Positions 15,373 through 27,606 of a stretch of DNA of 64,000 nucleotides are shown one piece after another. The notes beneath the pieces are model-generated. The model was not told the origin of the DNA, ran no database searches, and saw only the letters and a program-made list of their open reading frames with translations. The DNA lies in assembly GCA_963717935.1 (NCBI GenBank), contig CAVQXP010000002.1, positions 192,001-256,000 of the forward strand, given 5' to 3'. Position 1 is the first letter of the stretch; each line of letters starts with the position of its first letter. The position numbers and the translations under genes were made by a program. This DNA is from Candidatus Eiseniibacteriota bacterium (GTDB lineage: Bacteria > Eisenbacteria > RBG-16-71-46).

Positions 15373-17469
15373 TTGAAGGAGTTCACCACCGCTCAGATTC
15401 GCAACGTCGCTCTCGTCTCGCACCACGGTGTCGGCAAGACGTCGTTGGCCGAGGCGATGCTGTTCAATGCGAAGGCGACCACCCGGCTCGGCCGCATCGC
15501 GGACGGGACCACGCTGCTCGACTACGCCACCGACGAGCTCCAGCGCCAGATCACGATCAACCTCAAGCTGGCGCAATTCGAGTGGCAGGGGCACAAGATC
15601 AATCTGCTCGACACCCCGGGCTACCCCGACTTCGTGGGTGATGTCTACAGCGCGCTGCGCGTGGCCGACTCCGCCATCCTTCTCGTGCGCGGGGCCAGCG
15701 GCGTCGAGGTGGGCACCGAGGTGGTCTGGGAAGTGGTGCGCCAGGAGAAGACCCCGGTCCTGGTCGCGGTCAACATGATGGACAAGGAGCACGCGGATTT
15801 CGACACGGCGGTGCTCTCGCTGCGCAAGCGCCTGGGCATCAACGCGGTGCCGGTCCAGCTCCCGATCGGCCAGGCAGAGGCCTTCCACGGCATCGTGGAC
15901 CTGATCGAGAACAAGGCCTGGGTCTTCTCCGGCAAGGGCATGGAGGAGAAGAGCGAGTCCGCACCCATCCCCGGCGACATGACGGCCAAGGTCGCCGAGG
16001 CCCGCAACCACCTGCTCGAGGAGGCCGCCACCGGCGACGAGGGGCTCATGAACAAGTTCCTCGAGACGGGCGAGCTCACCGTCGAGGAGATCCGGCGTGG
16101 CCTCACGTTGCGCGTGGTCCAGCGCGACCTCTCGCCGGTGTTCTGCTGCGGGGCCTACCACAACCAGGGCATCCGCGAACTCCTCGACGAGGTCGTGGAC
16201 CTGCTGCCCTCGCCACTCGACGTGGCGCCCGTGACGGGCAAGGCGAACGGCGCGGAGATCGTCTGCAAGCCGGACCCGGCTGAACCCGTGGCGACGATGG
16301 TGTTCAAGACCCTCTCCGAGCAGCACCTCGGCGACCTCTCCCTGGTGCGCGTCTACTCCGGGCACCTCGAAGCCGGCAAGGAGCTGGCAAACACCACGCG
16401 GAACCGCTCCGAGAAGACCGGCACGCTCTACCACCTCGTGGGCAAGGAGCGCATCGAGTGCAAGAGCGCGGTGGCCGGCGACATCGTGGCCGCGGTGAAG
16501 CTCCGCGAGACGCACACCGGCGACACGCTGGCCGACAAGGCGCGGCCGGTCCTGCTCCCGCCCCCGGACTTCCCCGCGCCGGTGACCGCGGAGTGCGTGC
16601 GGCCCAAGAGCAAGGGCGACGAGGAGAAGATGGCGCAGGGGCTCAACCGCCTGCACGAGGAGGACCCCACCTTCAGCCGGGCCTACGAGGTCAGCACCAA
16701 GGAGACGCTCGTCACCGGCATGGGGGACCTGCAGTTCGACGTCATGGTGGACCGGCTCAAGAAGCGTTTCGGCGTCGAGGTCCTGCTGCAGCGGCCGCGG
16801 GTGCCCTACCGCGAGACCGTCCGGGGCACGGCCAAGGGCGAGTACCGGCACAAGAAGCAGACGGGCGGCCGCGGCCAGTTCGGCGAGGTGCACCTGCGGG
16901 TCGAGCCCCGCAAGCGCAGCGAGGGCTTCGCATTCCTCGACGAGGTCAAGGGCGGCGTGGTGCCCAACCAGTTCATCCCGGCGGTCGAGAAGGGCGTCGT
17001 CGCCGGCATGGAGAAGGGTCCGATCGCCGGCTATCCGGTCGTGGACGTGGCGGTCGCGCTCTACTTCGGCAAGCACCACGACGTGGATTCATCGGAGATG
17101 GCGTTCAAGATCGCGGCTGAGACCTGCTTCCACCAGGTGATGATGGAGGCCAACCCGATCCTGCTCGAGCCCATCGAGGAGATCGCCGTGCGCGTGCCCG
17201 AGGAGTTCCTCGGCGACGTGATGGGCGACCTCTCCTCGCGGCGCGGCAAGATCCTGGGGACCGACGCGGACGGTTCGCACCAGATCATCCGGGCGCTGGC
17301 GCCGACCTCGGAGATCTACAAGTACGCGACCCACCTGCGCTCGCTGACGCAGGGCCGGGGCATGCACTCGGCCCGGCTCTCTCACTACGAGGAGGTGCCG
17401 CGCGAGTTGACCGAGAAGGTCGTTGCCGCGGTGCGAGCCGAGAAGGAGGCAGGGGCGAACGCCGGTTAG
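15373..17469 (+). CDS. fusA: Elongation factor G paralogue (EF-G2-like), TTG start
   Basis: IRNVALVSHHGVGKTS, LLDTPGYPDF, EEDPTF, VPYRET, KKQTGGRGQFG, HDVDSSEMAFK; not within an rpsL-rpsG operon. Confidence 0.92.
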   Translation: MKEFTTAQIRNVALVSHHGVGKTSLAEAMLFNAKATTRLGRIADGTTLLDYATDELQRQITINLKLAQFEWQGHKINLLDTPGYPDFVGDVYSALRVADSAILLVRGASGVEVGTEVVWEVVRQEKTPVLVAVNMMDKEHADFDTAVLSLRKRLGINAVPVQLPIGQAEAFHGIVDLIENKAWVFSGKGMEEKSESAPIPGDMTAKVAEARNHLLEEAATGDEGLMNKFLETGELTVEEIRRGLTLRVVQRDLSPVFCCGAYHNQGIRELLDEVVDLLPSPLDVAPVTGKANGAEIVCKPDPAEPVATMVFKTLSEQHLGDLSLVRVYSGHLEAGKELANTTRNRSEKTGTLYHLVGKERIECKSAVAGDIVAAVKLRETHTGDTLADKARPVLLPPPDFPAPVTAECVRPKSKGDEEKMAQGLNRLHEEDPTFSRAYEVSTKETLVTGMGDLQFDVMVDRLKKRFGVEVLLQRPRVPYRETVRGTAKGEYRHKKQTGGRGQFGEVHLRVEPRKRSEGFAFLDEVKGGVVPNQFIPAVEKGVVAGMEKGPIAGYPVVDVAVALYFGKHHDVDSSEMAFKIAAETCFHQVMMEANPILLEPIEEIAVRVPEEFLGDVMGDLSSRRGKILGTDADGSHQIIRALAPTSEIYKYATHLRSLTQGRGMHSARLSHYEEVPRELTEKVVAAVRAEKEAGANAG

Positions 17470-17487
17470 GCGGCGCTCCCGGAACCC

Positions 17488-18234
17488 ATGTCCGGCCACT
17501 CTAAATGGGCGACGATCAAGCGGAAGAAGGCTGCGACCGATCAGGCCCGTGGCAAGGTGTTCTCCAAGTACATCAAGGAGATCACGCTCGCGGCCCGGGG
17601 CGGTCCCGATCCGAACATCAACCCGCGGCTGCGCAGCGCCATCTCGGCGGCCAAGTCCGTCAACATGCCGGCGAACAACATCGATCGCGCCATCCAGCGC
17701 GGCGCCGGCCTGGAAGAGGGCGTGCACTTCGAGGAGACGCAGTACGAGGGGTACGGGCCGGGTGGCGTGGCCCTGCTCGTCGAGGTGGCGACCGACAACC
17801 GCAACCGAACGGCAGGCGAGATCCGCCACACCTTCACCAAGCACGGCGCGGCGCTGGGTGAGGCCGGCAGCGTGGCCTACCTGTTCAAGCCGCGCGGCGT
17901 GATCCTCGTGGAGAAGGCCGCGCTGGACGAGGAGGCCCTCATGGAGATCGTGCTCGAGGCCGGGGCCGACGACGTCTCCAGCGAGGGCGACGCCTACGAG
18001 ATCCTCACCCCGCCCGCGCAGTTCGAGGCCGTGAAGGAGGCGCTGGCCGCGAAGTCGGTGCCCACGCAGAGCGCCGAGCTCACCAAGATCGCCAGCCTGC
18101 TGGTCCCGGTCACGGAGAAGGTGGCCGAGTCGCTGCTGAAGCTGGTGGACACGCTCGAGGACCACGACGACGTGCAGAAGGTGTACGCCAACTTCAGCAT
18201 GTCCGACGAGCTGATGGCGAAGCTCTCGCGCTGA
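17488..18234 (+). CDS. yebC: YebC/PmpR family protein
   Basis: MSGHSKWATIKRKK, YEGYGPGGVA, TDNRNRT, DDVQKVYAN. Confidence 0.96.
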   Translation: MSGHSKWATIKRKKAATDQARGKVFSKYIKEITLAARGGPDPNINPRLRSAISAAKSVNMPANNIDRAIQRGAGLEEGVHFEETQYEGYGPGGVALLVEVATDNRNRTAGEIRHTFTKHGAALGEAGSVAYLFKPRGVILVEKAALDEEALMEIVLEAGADDVSSEGDAYEILTPPAQFEAVKEALAAKSVPTQSAELTKIASLLVPVTEKVAESLLKLVDTLEDHDDVQKVYANFSMSDELMAKLSR

Positions 18235-18325
18235 CGCCCGGCGCGGAGTCCAGCCCGGACGATTCATGAAGCGCGTTCGCAGCAGCGGTTCATGAATGGT
18301 CCGGGCTAAGGGGGGGACGGACGCC

Positions 18326-18868
18326 ATGAGGGTGCTGGGCCTCGACCCCGGCAGCCGGCGGACGGGCTACGGGGTGGTCGAGCGCGACGGCAGCCTGTTC
18401 CGCGCGCTCGCCCACGGGGTGTTCGCCCCGCCCGCCCGCCTCGATCTGGCGCACCGCCTGCACGCCATCGCCATGCGCGCCGGCGAGGTCATGGACGCGC
18501 AGCAGCCCGACGCGGTCGTCATCGAGGAGGCTTTCTACCACGAGAGCGTGCGCTCGACCCTGGTGCTGGGCCACGTCCGCGGCGCGCTGCTGGTGGCCGC
18601 GGTGCAGCGCGGGCTCGCGCTCGCCGAGTACAGCCCCCGCGAGATCAAGCTGAGCGTCACCGGCTCGGGCGCGGCCTCGAAGGACCAGGTCGCCTTCATG
18701 GTGCGCCGCCTGCTCGGTCTGAAGGGCGCCCTTTCGCCCGACGCCTCCGACGCGCTCGGTGCCGCGATCTGTCACCTGCAGCGCGCGCGCCACAGCGAGC
18801 CGGCGCGCGCCATGACGGCCGCGGCGAAGAGCCTCGAGGCGCTGCTCAAGGGCCGGGCCCGGCGATGA
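18326..18868 (+). CDS. ruvC: Holliday junction resolvase
   Basis: [44 protein letters not shown]. Confidence 0.96.
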   Translation: MRVLGLDPGSRRTGYGVVERDGSLFRALAHGVFAPPARLDLAHRLHAIAMRAGEVMDAQQPDAVVIEEAFYHESVRSTLVLGHVRGALLVAAVQRGLALAEYSPREIKLSVTGSGAASKDQVAFMVRRLLGLKGALSPDASDALGAAICHLQRARHSEPARAMTAAAKSLEALLKGRARR

Positions 18869-19500
18869 TCGCCTCGCTGCGCGGCACCTTGCTCGAGAAG
18901 ACGCCCGGCGCCTGCGTGCTCGAGGCGGGCGGGGTCGGCTACCTGGTCCAGGTCTCGAGCCACACGGCCGCCGGCCTGCCGGCCGCGGGCCAGCCCGCGT
19001 TCCTGCGCACGCGCCAGATCGTGCGCGAGGACGCGGTCCAGCTCTTCGGCTTCGCCGCCGCGGAGGAACTCGAGCTCTTCGACCTGATGATCGCGGTGAG
19101 CGGCGTGGGACCGCGGCTCGCGCTCGCCGTGCTCTCGGGGCTCCGGCCGCAGGCGCTGCGCCGCGCCATCCGCGAGGAGCAGGTGGGGTTGCTCACCAGC
19201 GTGCCCGGCATCGGCAGGAAGACCGCCGAGCGGCTGGTCGTGGAGCTGCGCGACAAGCTCGAGGCGCTCCCCGTGCCCGGGGGCGCGGAGCCCGCGCGGG
19301 ATGGCGGCCTGCTGCCGCGCTCGGAGCGCTGGAACGATGCCGTCGCGGCGCTCACGCGCCTCGGGTACACTGCGGCGCAGGCACAGGAGGCCGTGCGCCG
19401 GGCCGCCGGGGCCGAGGAGGATCCGTCGCTGGAGCAACTGGTGCGCCGTGCCCTGGCCCTGCTGGGGCGGCCGGCCACCTCAGGCAAGGAGAGGCAGTGA
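18865..19500 (+). CDS. ruvA: Holliday junction branch migration protein RuvA
   Basis: MIASLRG, GVGY, VREDA..LFGF, Hh[10 protein letters not shown] and [11 protein letters not shown]. Confidence 0.96.
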   Translation: MIASLRGTLLEKTPGACVLEAGGVGYLVQVSSHTAAGLPAAGQPAFLRTRQIVREDAVQLFGFAAAEELELFDLMIAVSGVGPRLALAVLSGLRPQALRRAIREEQVGLLTSVPGIGRKTAERLVVELRDKLEALPVPGGAEPARDGGLLPRSERWNDAVAALTRLGYTAAQAQEAVRRAAGAEEDPSLEQLVRRALALLGRPATSGKERQ

Positions 19501-20585
19501 GTCCGAGCGCGCGCCGCACGCCCGACCCGGCGTCACCCCCGTCCCACGACCGCGTCGCCGACCCCGAGGCGCTGCCCGAGGACCTCCAGGAGGAGCAGCG
19601 GCTCCGTCCCCTGGTGCTCGATGAATTCGTCGGGCAGCCGGGGCTCAAGGAGCAGCTGCGCATCTTCATCGAGGCCGCCCGGCGCCGTGGCGACGCGCTC
19701 GATCACGTGCTCTTCCACGGCCCCCCCGGGCTCGGCAAGACCACGCTGGCCTCGATCCTCGCGCACGAACTCGGCGTGGACATCACCCACACCTCGGGGC
19801 CGGTCATCGAGCGCCCCGGCGACCTGGCCGGGCTGCTGACGAACCTGCCGCCGCGCGGCATCCTGTTCGTGGACGAGATCCACCGCATGAGCCCGGTGAT
19901 CGAGGAGTACCTCTACCCGGCGCTCGAGGACTTCACGATCGACATCATGCTCGACCGCGGTCCCAGCGCCCGCTCGCTCAAGATCAACCTCGAGCGCTTC
20001 ACGCTGGTCGGCGCCACCACGCGCTCGGGCCTTCTGTCCGCGCCGCTGCGCGCGCGTTTTGGCGTCACCATGCGGCTCGACTACTACGGCGTCGAGGATC
20101 TCGCTCGCATCGTCACGCGCTCGGCCGGCATCCTCAAGGTGGAGACCGAGCCCGATGCCGCGCGGGAGATCGCGCGCCGGGCGCGCGGAACGCCCCGGGT
20201 GGCGAACCGGTTGCTGCGGCGCGTGCGCGACTTCGCCCTCATCAGGGCCGACGCGAAGGTCACCCTGCCGGTGACGCGCGAGGCGCTCCGGATGCTGGCC
20301 GTGGACGAGCGCGGGCTCGACGAGATGGACCGCCGCCTGCTCGACGCGCTCATCCAGAAGTACGGCGGCGGTCCCGTCGGCCTGGGCACGCTGGCCGTCG
20401 TCGTGGGCGAGGAGCCGGGCACGCTCGAGGAGGTCTACGAGCCGTTCCTCATCCAGGAGGGCTTCCTCAAGCGCACGCCGCGCGGCCGTGAGGCCACGGC
20501 TCTCGCCTACGAGCACCTCGGCCTGAAGGCGCCCGGCGGTGTTCCCGGCCCCGGCGACGCCCAGCCCGAGTTGCCGCTCTCCTGA
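19497..20585 (+). CDS. ruvB: Holliday junction branch migration helicase RuvB
   Basis: [49 protein letters not shown]. Confidence 0.97.
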   Translation: MSPSARRTPDPASPPSHDRVADPEALPEDLQEEQRLRPLVLDEFVGQPGLKEQLRIFIEAARRRGDALDHVLFHGPPGLGKTTLASILAHELGVDITHTSGPVIERPGDLAGLLTNLPPRGILFVDEIHRMSPVIEEYLYPALEDFTIDIMLDRGPSARSLKINLERFTLVGATTRSGLLSAPLRARFGVTMRLDYYGVEDLARIVTRSAGILKVETEPDAAREIARRARGTPRVANRLLRRVRDFALIRADAKVTLPVTREALRMLAVDERGLDEMDRRLLDALIQKYGGGPVGLGTLAVVVGEEPGTLEEVYEPFLIQEGFLKRTPRGREATALAYEHLGLKAPGGVPGPGDAQPELPLS

Positions 20586-20629
20586 GCCCGGGCCCGAGTG
20601 GCGTCCCTCCTTCGAGCGTGAGCCCCCCC

Positions 20630-21658
20630 ATGCGCCTGGAAGACCTCGACTACGACCTGCCGCCCGAGTTGATCGCGCAGCACCCGGCGGAGCGTCGCGA
20701 GGACGCGCGCCTGCTCGTGGTCGAGCGCGTGACCGGGACGCTCCACGACTCGAGCATCGCCGACCTCGGCCGCTGGCTGAGGCCGGGCGACGCGCTCGCC
20801 CTGAACGAGACCCGTGTGCGGCCCGCGCGGCTCGACGTGCGGCGCGCGAGCGGCGGGCGCGTCGAGTTGCTGGTCGTGCGCCCGGAGCCCGGCGGGTGCT
20901 GGCGTGTGCTCGCCAGGCCTGCGAAGAAGGCCCCCGCCGGCGCGGTGCTGACGACCGACGACGGCTGCCTGACGCTCGAGGTGGTCGAGACCGGTCCCGA
21001 GGGCGAGCGCGTGATGCGCGTGGTGGCCGGCGATCTGGACCGGGCGCTCGAGGCGCACGGCCGCGTGCCGCTGCCACCCTACATCCACCGGCCTCCCGAT
21101 CCCGAGGACCGCGAGCGCTACCAGACCGTCTTCGCGCGCGTGGACGGCGCCGTCGCGGCGCCCACGGCGGGGCTCCACTTCAGCGAGGTCCTGCTCGAGT
21201 CGCTCGCCGCGATGGGCGTGGCGCGGGTGCCCCTGCTGCTGCACGTCGGCCCTGGCACGTTCCGGCCCATCGCGGCCCCGGACCCGCGGGAGCACGTGAT
21301 GGACGAAGAGTGGTTCGACGTGAGCGGCGAGGCGGCCGCGGCCCTGAATGCCGCCCGGGCCCGCAGTGGACGCATCGTCGCGGTGGGGACGACCGCCGTG
21401 CGCGCCCTCGAATCGGCCTGCGACCAGAACCGTGACACGCTCGCCGCTGCGCGCGGCTGGACGCGCAAGTTCATCCTGCCGCCCTACGAATTCCGTGCGG
21501 TGGACGCGCTGCTCACCAACTTCCACCTGCCCCGCACCACGCTGCTCCTGCTGGTCGCGGCCCTGGCGGGGGAGGGGTTGCTCCGGCGTGCCTACGCGCA
21601 CGCCGTGGCCGGGCGCTACCGCTTCTACTCGTACGGGGACGCGATGCTGGTGGTGTAG
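20630..21658 (+). CDS. queA: S-adenosylmethionine:tRNA ribosyltransferase-isomerase
   Basis: DYDLPPELIAQHP, PLPPYI, YQTVFA, AAPTAGLHF, LHVGPGTF, TNFHLP, YRFYSYGDAM. Confidence 0.97.
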   Translation: MRLEDLDYDLPPELIAQHPAERREDARLLVVERVTGTLHDSSIADLGRWLRPGDALALNETRVRPARLDVRRASGGRVELLVVRPEPGGCWRVLARPAKKAPAGAVLTTDDGCLTLEVVETGPEGERVMRVVAGDLDRALEAHGRVPLPPYIHRPPDPEDRERYQTVFARVDGAVAAPTAGLHFSEVLLESLAAMGVARVPLLLHVGPGTFRPIAAPDPREHVMDEEWFDVSGEAAAALNAARARSGRIVAVGTTAVRALESACDQNRDTLAAARGWTRKFILPPYEFRAVDALLTNFHLPRTTLLLLVAALAGEGLLRRAYAHAVAGRYRFYSYGDAMLVV

Positions 21659-21926
21659 TGAACGCGCACCGCCCGCCCGCGAGCCTCCCCGGACCGCAGG
21701 CGGCTGAGTACCCACCCGCCGCTGTCCGGGTCCAGGGAGGCCCGCCGGCCAAGGCCCGGAGGGCGGTCAGGCGCCCGCCCGCCCGCTCGCCCTCCGGTCC
21801 GGCCAAGGCCCGGTGCCCCGGCCCGGCCGTCCTCAATCCGGCAGTTCCTCGTTCTCATTCCTGTGCTAACGTCCGGACGATCGCGGACCGGCATCCGAAG
21901 GGTGCCATCGGTCGCAGGGAGGTCCC

Positions 21927-23259
21927 ATGGACGTCGTCTGGCTGGCGCGGTTGCAGTTCTCGCTGACCATCATGTTCCACTTCCTGTTCCCGCCCATCAC
22001 CATCGGGCTGGCCCTCCTCGTCTTCCTGCTCGAGACCGCCCGCTGGCGCACGGGCAGGGAGGTCTACCGCCGGGCCTCCGACTTCTGGCTCAACCTCTTC
22101 GCCGTGACCTTTGTGATGGGGGTCGCAACCGGCATCGTCATGGAGTTCGAGTTCGGCACGAACTGGGCGACCTACTCGCGCTTCGTGGGTGACATCTTCG
22201 GTGCCCCGCTGGCGGCCGAGGGGATCTTCGCCTTCTTCCTCGAGTCGGGCTTCCTGGGGCTGCTGATCCTCGGCCGCAGACGCATCTCCTCCTTCGTGCG
22301 CTGGTTCGCGTCGCTGATGGTGGCGCTGGGCACGACGCTCTCGGCCTTCTGGATCATCGTCGCCAACTCGTGGATGCAGACGCCGGCCGGGTTCCGGCTG
22401 GCGAACGGACGGGCGGAGATGACCGACTTCTGGGCCGCGGTCTTCAACCCCTCCACGCTGCCACGCTTCACGCACACCGTCGTGGCGGCCTGGGCCATGG
22501 GAGCCTTCTTCATGGCCGGCATCGCCGCCTGGTACTACCTCAAGGGCCGCGGCTCGGACGTGGCGCGGGTGTCGCTGAAGCTCGGCACGGTGATGGCGGT
22601 CGTCGCCTGCGTGCTCAACTTCGCGACCGGCGATCCCCACGCGAAGCAGGTGGCCCGCACCCAGGAAGTGAAGTTCGCGGCCATGGAGGGGCTCTTCACC
22701 ACGCAGCGCGGGGCGCCGCTCACCCTCCTCTCCCTGCCGCCCACGCAGTCCGGTCGCCGGGCGGGGCCCGAGTTGACGATCCCGGGCTTTGCCTCGTTCC
22801 TGGCCTTCGGCGACTTCCAGGCGCTGGTCAGGGGCCTCAACGACTTCCCGCGCGAGGACTGGCCGCCCGTCGCGATCACCTTCCTCTCGTTCCACAACAT
22901 GGTGATCCTCGGGAGCCTGATGCTGCTGATCGCGCTCCTCGGGCTCGTGCTCCTCTGGCGCGGCCAGCTGGAGCGAGCGCGCTGGTGGCAGCGCCTCGTG
23001 TTCTGGTCCATCCCGCTGCCCATGATCGCCATCCAGCTGGGCTGGGTGACCGCCGAGGTGGGGCGGCAGCCGTGGATCGTCTACGGACTCATGCGCACCA
23101 GGGACGCGGTGTCGAAGGTCGTCGTCGCGCCGCAGATCCTGTTCTCGATCGTGCTCTTCGGCGCCATCTACGCCGTGCTCGGGGCGCTCTGGCTCTACCT
23201 GCTACGCAAGAAGATCATCCACGGGCCGGCGCTGGCCGGGCCCGAGGGGGAGGTGCGCC

Positions 23260-23273
<14 letters not shown>
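21927..23273 (+). CDS. cydA: Cytochrome bd ubiquinol oxidase subunit I
   Basis: LARLQF...FHFLF, GVATGIVMEFEFGTNW, EGIFAFFLES, ANSWMQTP, GWVTAEVGRQPW. Confidence 0.96.
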
Positions 23274-24276
<1,003 letters not shown>

Positions 24277-24455
24277 CCGGGGTGCCCGGTCCCGCCACGA
24301 GGCGGCCCGCCCCCACGGGTGGGCCGCACGGGGGCCGGCCGGGAGGAGCCTGCGACGGGGGCGCATCGCTCCTTCAGGCGTGACCCCGGGCGGCCGATAA
24401 CCCTTCTGATACCGCGTGCCTTGATGGCTCTGGTCATACCGGGAGGGACCCCGTC

Positions 24456-25640
24456 TTGCTGGGTGCCTGGTCGCACAGCATCGTCTTCGTCGTCCTCTTC
24501 TGCATCCTCGTGGATTTCGTCAAGCTCGTCATCGAGCTCCTGGGACGCAGCGAGGAGCGGACGTTCACCAGCGACCCGTCGCTGGTGACGGCGGTCATCG
24601 CCTGCCGCAACGGCGCGGCGCAGCTGCCGGAGACCCTCACGGATCTCGTGAGACAGCTCCCGCCGGAGAACATCCTGGTCGTGGACGACGGCAGCACCGA
24701 CGACACCTCGAAGGTGGCGCAGGCGTTCGGCTGCCAGGTCCACCGCTTCGACAAGTGCAAGGGCAAGGCCTCGGCCATCAACTACGCGGTCTACCGCGTG
24801 ACGACGCCCTACACGCTCATCCTCGACGACGACACGCGCATCGGCGCGACGCGCATCCCCACGTCACTGCTCTCGGAGGACGGCCACGACGCGGTCGCCT
24901 TCCACGTACTGCCCGACCGCCGCGACCGCGGCGGAGCGCACGGCGGCAACTTCCTGGGTCGGCTCCAGCGCTACGAGTACGGCAAGAGCATGGAGATCGG
25001 CCGGCGCTTCCACGACTCGAGCCAGTCGGTGAGCTGCGTGTCGGGTGCGGCGGGCCTGTTCCGAACCGAGGACCTGAACCGCTATCACCACCTGCACACC
25101 AACGTCTTCCAGGGCGAGGACCTGCAGCGCTCGATCATCCACCTGCTGAACGGCGGGCGCATCGTGTTCGCGAACGAGACGGTCTGGACCGTGGCGCCCT
25201 GGACGTGGCGGCAGTGGTTCCGCCAGCGCCTGCTGGGCTGGTATCCGGGCCAGTACCATCAGGTCGTCAACTTCGTGCGCCTGATGGTCATGCGCGGGGT
25301 CTCGTGGCGCGTGCGCTACGAGATGGCCTACAACCTCTACATGGTGGTGAGCGATCCGCTCAAGACCTGGTCCATCGTGGCGATCGTCCTGACTCCGGCC
25401 CTGCGCTGGTGGGGGCCCATCATCTACCTGCTCTACCTGGTCTTCGAGACCTACCCGTGGCTGGTGGTGCGCGTTGCGGGAAGCCGGCAGCGCAGCTCCA
25501 TCTTCGTGCTGCTCCTCTACCCTCTCTACGGCGGGCTCAACACCGTGCTCCGCACGCTGGCGCTGCCGGTCTGGTTCTGGTTCCGCTTCGTCACCGGCAG
25601 CATGCGGCCGCGCCGCGGCCCGAAGGATCGGATCGAATGA
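24456..25640 (+). CDS. Membrane-bound processive-type GT2 glycosyltransferase
   Basis: VVDDGSTD, ILDDDT, CVSGAAGLFR, GEDL, QRLLGW (QxxRW-like); N- and C-terminal TM helices. Confidence 0.85.
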   Translation: MLGAWSHSIVFVVLFCILVDFVKLVIELLGRSEERTFTSDPSLVTAVIACRNGAAQLPETLTDLVRQLPPENILVVDDGSTDDTSKVAQAFGCQVHRFDKCKGKASAINYAVYRVTTPYTLILDDDTRIGATRIPTSLLSEDGHDAVAFHVLPDRRDRGGAHGGNFLGRLQRYEYGKSMEIGRRFHDSSQSVSCVSGAAGLFRTEDLNRYHHLHTNVFQGEDLQRSIIHLLNGGRIVFANETVWTVAPWTWRQWFRQRLLGWYPGQYHQVVNFVRLMVMRGVSWRVRYEMAYNLYMVVSDPLKTWSIVAIVLTPALRWWGPIIYLLYLVFETYPWLVVRVAGSRQRSSIFVLLLYPLYGGLNTVLRTLALPVWFWFRFVTGSMRPRRGPKDRIE

Positions 25641-26347
25641 ACCGCACGACGAGGATGCTCGTTGCGCTTGCGCTGGCCACGATGACCCTGAGCGGGGCCG
25701 CCGCCGCGGGCGCGCCGGCCGGGCCGCAGCCCTACGCGGGCGCCCAGTTCCGTTACTGGGCCTTCAACGACGCCAACGACCTGCGCGACCTCCTGGCCTA
25801 CTGGGTGCCGGGGCCGTTCCATGTGCAACTCGAGGTCTGGGACTTCGTGCGCGGCGACGACCAGTTCCGCCCGGAGATCGGGCTGCACCTGCGCGACGCG
25901 CGCCGCTCGGGCTACACGCTCCAGTGGCGACACGAGCGCGACGCCGAGCGCTACTGGCTGAGCACGGACCAGGTGCTCTCCCGCCATTTCGTCGGACGAG
26001 CCGGGGTGAGCCCCATCGTGACACACGCGGGCCGCACGGACTGGGTGTACGAGGGCGGGCTCGACTACTACTGGGCCGACTACGACTTCGCCTCGGCCAC
26101 CGTCATCCGCGATCCGCGCGGTGGAGGGCTGTGGGTAGTGCCGGTGCGGCTGAGGCTCGCCAACTGGCGGAACGACTGGCTGCAGGCCACGGTCGCCCCG
26201 ACCAGCCGGCGCACGCTCGGCTGGGCGCTGGACGCCAAGTTCCGCTGGCTGCGGCTCGGGGTCGAGCGCAACAACCGCTACGACTTCACCGACGCGGACA
26301 ACGTGATCTGGACGGCCGGCGTCGAGGCGCCCTTCCCGGCGCGGTAG
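25637..26347 (+). CDS. Putative small outer-membrane beta-barrel, translationally coupled to the GT2
   Basis: ATGA overlap with the GT2 stop, signal peptide MNRTTRMLVALALATMTLSGAAAA, W/Y-rich amphipathic strands. Confidence 0.7.
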   Translation: MNRTTRMLVALALATMTLSGAAAAGAPAGPQPYAGAQFRYWAFNDANDLRDLLAYWVPGPFHVQLEVWDFVRGDDQFRPEIGLHLRDARRSGYTLQWRHERDAERYWLSTDQVLSRHFVGRAGVSPIVTHAGRTDWVYEGGLDYYWADYDFASATVIRDPRGGGLWVVPVRLRLANWRNDWLQATVAPTSRRTLGWALDAKFRWLRLGVERNNRYDFTDADNVIWTAGVEAPFPAR

Positions 26348-26502
26348 CGTCCCGGCCACCCCGTCGCGGCGAAGTCGCCCGCGCCTTGCGCGCGGGCGAC
26401 TTCGTTTGTGCCCGGGTCCGCCCCGGCTCCCCTCGCCGCCGCCCGCTCCCGCCAGGGGGGACGGGCGAAGCCCTTCACGGGCCGTGCTATGCTCGCGCGC
26501 CG

Positions 26503-27606
26503 ATGATCCGACCACGCCTTGAGCACCTCGCCTGGAGCAAGGCCCAGCACGGGCACTGGCGCCTGAGTCTTGCCGACAGCGCCGTGGCCGCGCCCGACCT
26601 CGAGTCGCTGGGCCTGCCGCACCAGGCGGGCACACCCGCACCCGGGAGCGTGCTGCCCGGACTCGAGCGGGCGCTCGGCGCGCGGCTGGACGCCCCGGGG
26701 GGCCGGGTGCTCGTGACCGCGGGGGCGAGCGAGGCGAACGCCTGCGCTCTGGCCGGGCTGCTCGAGGCAGGGGAGGAAGCCCTGGTCGAGTCCCCGGGCT
26801 ACGAGCCGCACCGTGCGGTGCCGCCCTTCTTCGGCGCGAGCGTGCGCACGTTCGCGCGCCGCCGCGAACACGGCTACGGCCGCGTGAGCGAGGCGGTCGA
26901 GACCGCGCTCACGCCCGCGACCCGTCTCGTCCTGCTCACCGACCTGCACAACCCGGGCGGCGTGCCGCTCGAGCCCGCGGACGCGGCGGCCCTCACCGCA
27001 CTCGCGGAACGCCGTGGCCTGTGGCTGCTCTGCGACGAGACCTTTCGCGACGCCTCGGAGCGGCCGGTGGGCACGTTGAGCGCGCTCTCGGACCGCTGGG
27101 TCACGACCTCGACGTTGACCAAGGCCTACGGGCTCGGGAGCCTGCGCGTGGGCTGGGTGTCGGGCAGTGCCGCGGCGCTGGCGCGCTGCGCCGAGGCCCA
27201 GAACGCCCTTTCGGTCGAGCCCGCCGGGCCGTCGCTGGCACTGGCACTCGCCCTGGCGCCGCACCTCGATTCCCTGAGGGCTCGAGCGCGGGCGGGTCTG
27301 GCCGCGAACCACGCGCGCTGGCGGCGCCTCGTCGCGGACGGCCTGCCGTGCGATGCGAGCGTGCCCTCGCAGGGCACCACGACCTTTGTCCACCTCCCGG
27401 GCCCCGCCGGCGGAGACGCGTTCGCCGCGTTCGCGGCCGAGCGCTTCGAGCTGCTGGTGGTGCCGGGACGCTTCTTCGGAGAGCCGCGGGGCGTGCGCAT
27501 CGCCCTGGGCGGGGAGCCCGCCCGTTGCGCCGCCGCGCTCGACACGTTCCAGACCGCCGTCCGCGCCTTCTGCGAGGAGCGCGCGGCGGCAGCGGAGCCC
27601 GCATGA
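26503..27606 (+). CDS. PLP-dependent aminotransferase class I/II
   Basis: VTAGASEA, LHNPGG, CDETF, STLTKAYGLGSLRVGW (PLP lysine). Confidence 0.88.
   Translation: MIRPRLEHLAWSKAQHGHWRLSLADSAVAAPDLESLGLPHQAGTPAPGSVLPGLERALGARLDAPGGRVLVTAGASEANACALAGLLEAGEEALVESPGYEPHRAVPPFFGASVRTFARRREHGYGRVSEAVETALTPATRLVLLTDLHNPGGVPLEPADAAALTALAERRGLWLLCDETFRDASERPVGTLSALSDRWVTTSTLTKAYGLGSLRVGWVSGSAAALARCAEAQNALSVEPAGPSLALALALAPHLDSLRARARAGLAANHARWRRLVADGLPCDASVPSQGTTTFVHLPGPAGGDAFAAFAAERFELLVVPGRFFGEPRGVRIALGGEPARCAAALDTFQTAVRAFCEERAAAAEPA

Noticed and set aside
21744..21815. 15-bp direct repeat CCGGCCAAGGCCCGG upstream of cydA
   Set aside because: Two copies in very GC-rich low-complexity sequence, with no recognisable operator consensus
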